DNA of 64,000 bases from Eutreptiella sp. 'Long Island Sound 2002' (taxonomy: Eukaryota; Protista; Euglenida): positions 100,502,001 through 100,566,000 of the forward strand of contig OZ038378.1 of NCBI GenBank assembly GCA_964036045.1. Reading direction: 5' to 3'. Shown here one piece after another: positions 60,061-64,000 of this stretch. The first letter of the stretch is position 1. Each line of letters begins with the position of its first letter. Position numbers and translations under genes: made by a program. The notes beneath the pieces were generated by a model. It saw only the letters and a program-made list of their open reading frames with translations. It did not search any database and was not told the DNA's origin.

Positions 60061-60914
60061 CTTTGAATGTTTTGGTATTCGGCTTTCGCTTCATTGCGAT
60101 CCCATCAATTACCTCCAATGTGCCTGTCCATTTCATCGCATTCGAGCAAGGTCCTGCGTGGCCGGTACCTTTTTGACCGTATTTTTGAATTTCGCTTTGT
60201 GCCATTTCGCCATATCATTATAAAAGGTTGGTGCTGCAGCAAAAGGACGGAAGGTCGACCCATTCCTTTCGTGCATCTTGAGTGGAACGTTTCACGTCGC
60301 CCTTAGCTTACGGCATACGTTGTGTGAATTGGTTGTTGGACAACCACGTTTATCCTAACCTTCAAACGAGCAACCTAACCCCGTACTCCACCCGGAATGA
60401 ATGTACTCCCCAAGCTTCGTGTTGATGTCTACGCTCGGCTTTCGCTTCACCGCGATCCCGTTTCTCTTCCTCTTGTTATGAGCAAAACTTTCTGTCATCC
60501 ACAACAAACCCAGAAAAACATCCATCCAATCCGATGCATATGTACAATGCATTGTACATCCTGCAACATACCTGTACCAAAAAATTGATGTCTCTATCCG
60601 GCTATTGTGTGCCTGTCAAGTGTTGCATCTTCCTTGTTTCACGCATTACGGGGTGGTTGGGAACTTGTAGAGGCTAAAATGTGTCGAAAATGGGCCCAAA
60701 AAGAGGTCATCGTATTTGCATCCCCCCCCCGGGGCGAAGAAATGACCGGAGGGTGATTGGGAATTTATAGGGGCTAAAATGTGTCGAAAATGGGCCCAAA
60801 AAGAGGTCATCGGGCCCACTACTTGGGTGTGAACCCCACTAGACAATGACCAAAGGTGTTCGTTCAACATCTACATTGGTTTCCATGCCAGGACATGCTA
60901 GGCACCTGTAACTA

Positions 60915-61760
60915 CCCAAAAATGGCATTTTCTGGTCATTTTTGACAGATTTTGAAACCTTGGTGCGCTACCCGCGAAGCCCGTTGCCGGTCGCCACCGT
61001 CGAGTTTCTCGCTCAAACTTTGTGTGATTGTACTTCACACCCATAGGTATCATCCACCAAAATTTCAACCAAATCCGAAGCACCACGACGTAGTTCTGAT
61101 TTTTACCCATTTGGCGCGTGCTACAAAATGGCATTTTCTGGTCATTTTTGACAGATTTTGAAACCTAGGTGCGCTACCCGCGAAGCCCGTTGCCGGTCGC
61201 CACCGTCGAGTTTCTCGCTCAAACCTTGTGTGATTGTACTTCACACCCATAGGTATCATTCACGAAAATTTCAACCAAATCCAAAGCACCACGACGGAAT
61301 TGTGATTTTTACTCATTTCGCGCGTGCTGCTACTTGCTGCTTGCTTGCTTGCTTGCTTGCTGCTGCTTAACCTGGCAGGTCCACCCTAGACACTAAAAAG
61401 GGTTATAAAACCAACACTGGTTCCACCAGCTCGGTGACCCTATCCCTAAAGCTGGCCCTGCCCCTAGCCCTAGCTCTCGGCCTAGGTTCCGGTTAGAGTG
61501 AGTGTTGCGGTCCACAATGCAGAGCAATGATGCGGCAAAAGCAGCCACGAATGAAATTTGGGGGATCTTGTTCAGCCCAATCAACATGGCTGGCATGGCC
61601 AAATGAACTGGTTGCAAAGGTTAGCGTGGGGTTTATGGTGATGGTATGGTTGGATGGATGGCAAGGAGAGGTAAGGGGTGCCCCCCCCCCCCCCCACCCC
61701 ACCCAAAATTGCCCCACCTGGACCCCCCCCCCCACTTGAACCCCCCCCCCCCAATGCCTC
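60915..61760 (+). mobile_element. TIR family B-related copy with an internal ~206-bp tandem duplication
   Basis: 60915-61120 is repeated at 61121-61325; then (GCTT)n and GGTCCACCCTAGACACTAAAAAGGGTTATAAAACC...CCACCAGCTCGGTGACCCT as at 39860-39921. Confidence 0.85.
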
Positions 61761-61764
61761 CGCC

Positions 61765-62090
61765 GACCGCCCTCCGCCCTGTGTTGTGGTGCACAGGGGT
61801 GGGGAACCCGTACCTCCGCCCTGTACCATGGTGCACAGGGGAGCTGAACCCGGTCCTTCCGCCCTGCGCTGTGGAGTGCAGCGGAGGGTAACCTGTCCCT
61901 CCGCCCTGTGCTGTGGTGCACAGGAGAGGGGAACCAGCCGCTCCGTCCGGTGCTGTGGTGCACAGTGGAGGGGAAACTGTCCTACCGCCCTGTGCTGAAG
62001 TTCTCAGGGGGCAGGGGATTTTTATCCCTCCGCCCAGTGCCGATGAGCTCAAGGGAAGGGAACCTGTCCCTCCGCACTGTGTTGTGGTGC
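61765..62090. repeat. ~40-bp minisatellite (CCTCCGCCCTGTGCTGTGGTGCACAGGGGAGGGGAACC)
   Basis: About 7-8 diverged units. Confidence 0.85.
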
Positions 62091-62154
62091 CTCCTCCTTG
62101 CATCCCCCCCCCCCCCTCCCCCCACCCGCCACTGCCCCTCCCCCCCCCTCAGCC

Positions 62155-62620
62155 CCTCGGTTGGTAATAGGGCGGGGGTGGGCTGCGATGCAGCTGTAGT
62201 ACCAACGGTGCGGCGTGACACCGCTGCCGCAGCTGAAGTACGTGGGTTGCCGCCAGCGTGCGGCTATTGCAGCACCCCCGTGGCCCCTCGATTGGTAATG
62301 GGGCGGGCTTAGCTACGGTGCGGATGCAGTGCCAGAACTGCTGCAAGACGCGGGCTGCAGCTGCTGCCGTGCGTGCGCCCCAACTGGAGTGCGGCTGTTG
62401 CGGCACCCCCATAGCCCCTTGGTTGGTAACGGTGCGGGGGTTGGCTGCAAGGCAGCAGCAGAGCCAGAGCTGCAACGATACACCGGGTGCAGCAGCAGCA
62501 GTACGTGTGCTGCACCACGGGTGCAGCTATTGCCGCACTCCCATAGCCCCTTGATTGGTAACGAGGCGGGGGTTGGCTGCAATGGCACAACACCCACCGT
62601 ACCATCCACCCCGTGTTGAC
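62155..62620. repeat. ~130-bp diverged tandem repeats anchored on CCCCT(C/T)G(A/G)TTGGTAA
   Basis: Four anchors at about 62155, 62285, 62415 and 62548. Confidence 0.75.
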
Positions 62621-62704
62621 GTGCACAGGGTTGGAGAACGGTCCCTCCGCCTTGTGCTGAAAGCACAAGGGTAGTGGCCATACCCTCCCTTGCCCCTCGG
62701 TTGA

Positions 62705-64000
62705 GTGCAACATACCACACAGTGTGGTGAAGTGCATGGCACATCGCAGTGCAGCACAGCACACACAATGCAGTGCAGTGCACGTGTGCAGCACATCGCA
62801 GTGCAGTGCAGTGTGCAGCACAGCACGGCACAACACAGTGCAAAGCAGTGCAGCACACACGGTGTGGTGTGGAGCACACCACACACATTGCAATGCAGTA
62901 CACCATGCACAAAGCAGAGGAGTGCACGGCACAGTGCGATGCAGCGTAGCACACACAGTGCAGTGCAGCACAAAGCACACAGTGCAGAGCCGTGCGCAAC
63001 ACAGTGCGGTGCAGCGCAACCCGCACGGTGCGGTGCAGCGCAACACACACTGTGCAGCGCAGCACCGCACACACATAATGAGGTGCACAACACAGTGTGG
63101 TGCCGCACAGCGCACAGCGCAGTGTGACACAGCGCACACACTGCAGTGCCGTGTGCAACGCAGTGCTGTGGAGCACTACACACATAGAGCGGTGCACCAC
63201 AACACACACACAGTGCGGTGCAGCACAGCACACACCGTGCAGAGCAGTGGAGCACAACACGCCTGATGCATTGCAGAGCACAACACAACACAGCACAGTG
63301 CAACGCAGCACACACGGTGCCGTGCGGCACAACACACACAGTGCAGTGCGGCACAGCGCACACAGCGCAGCGCCACATACCACACACAACGGTGCGGCAC
63401 AACACACACCACATAATGCGGTGCAGCAAAGAACGCAGAGTGCCGTGCATCACAACACACACCGTGCCGTGCAGCACAAAAAACACTGTGCAGTGCCGTG
63501 CGCAACGCAGTGCAGTGCAGCACAACGCACACAGTGCACTGTATTGCACAGCACAGAAGAGTACACAGTGAAGCACAGTACAGCACACAAAATGTGGTGC
63601 AGCACAACACAGAAAGGGTAGTGCGGCACATCACACACCGCATGGTGAAGCACAGCACACACTGTCCTGTGCAGTGCCCAGCACACACGATGCACAGTGC
63701 AGCCGCGCAGCAAAGCACAACACAGTGCAGTGCGAGCGGAACGCACGGTGCAGTGCGGCACAATGCACACAGTACGATACGGCACAGCACACACGGTGCA
63801 GTGAAGAGCACAGTGCACGCGGTGCAGTGCAGCACAACACGCACTAAGCAGTGTGGTGCGCGACAGTGTGGTGCGAAGCAGTGTAGAGCACATCATAGCA
63901 CAGTGCAGCGCAGCACCCGCCGAGCAGTGCAGCACAACACGCTCGGGGCAGTGCAGCACAGCGCGCACAGTGCAGTGCTGTGCGCAACACAGTGCGGTGC
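62705..64000. repeat. Low-complexity (GCAGT/GCACA/CACAC)-type cryptic satellite
   Basis: Shuffled GCAGTGCAGCACACAC words; similar in reverse complement to 42330-42420. Confidence 0.9.

Noticed and set aside
59185-60460. CRISPR-like repeat-spacer array
   Set aside because: Central spacers are homologous to each other (minisatellite), outer spacing is irregular, there are no cas genes, and the context is eukaryotic.
39801-61325. E2F-like TTTCGCGC sites (about 39801, 57792, 61316)
   Set aside because: They are simply part of the family-B repeat; there is no independent evidence of function.
62309-64000. Long Cys/Val- or His/Thr/Gln-rich ORFs
   Set aside because: Low-complexity repeat that is open in several frames on both strands.
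1-64000. tRNA, rRNA, SL RNA genes and hammerhead ribozymes
   Set aside because: No cloverleaf or rRNA signature seen. The CTGATGA hits examined (about 783, 19460, 40594, 49711, 50335) lack the flanking stems and GAAA. Infernal or tRNAscan would be needed to exclude them fully.

Overview
Eukaryotic, repeat-dominated genomic DNA, about 55-65% GC. A flagellated protist, possibly a euglenid, is my inference only. (1) 1-31 kb is a retroelement cluster built around (CATA)n microsatellites. It holds an APE-RT-CCHC LINE family (family A) in four larger copies plus a 3' stub. One copy is apparently full-length (22712-30177), and at 21.6-31 kb the copies stand head-to-tail in each other's (CATA)n tails. 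It also holds two other degenerate LINEs (C and D) and an unclassified ~10-kb element with a decayed minus-strand polyprotein. That polyprotein carries Ulp1/clan-CE protease-like modules, and its 5' part is tandemly duplicated (2442 bp). (2) 31-35 kb holds a Penelope-like RT remnant with RFVDN in place of YxDD, split by a foldback-like, PHD-carrying insertion that was then tandemly duplicated. (3) 36.4-54.7 kb holds the only clear host gene, a 5-exon TSNAXIP1-like gene of about 930 codons. Its introns contain a TIR/9-bp-TSD element, microsatellites, a 6.4-kb satellite of 47-bp hairpin monomers with higher-order structure, and orphan ORFs. (4) 55-64 kb holds more copies of the TIR family, a zinc-finger plus J-domain ORF with one in-frame stop, and several minisatellites. 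I saw no tRNA, rRNA or CRISPR array. All family and domain calls come from motifs read by eye; no database searches were run.
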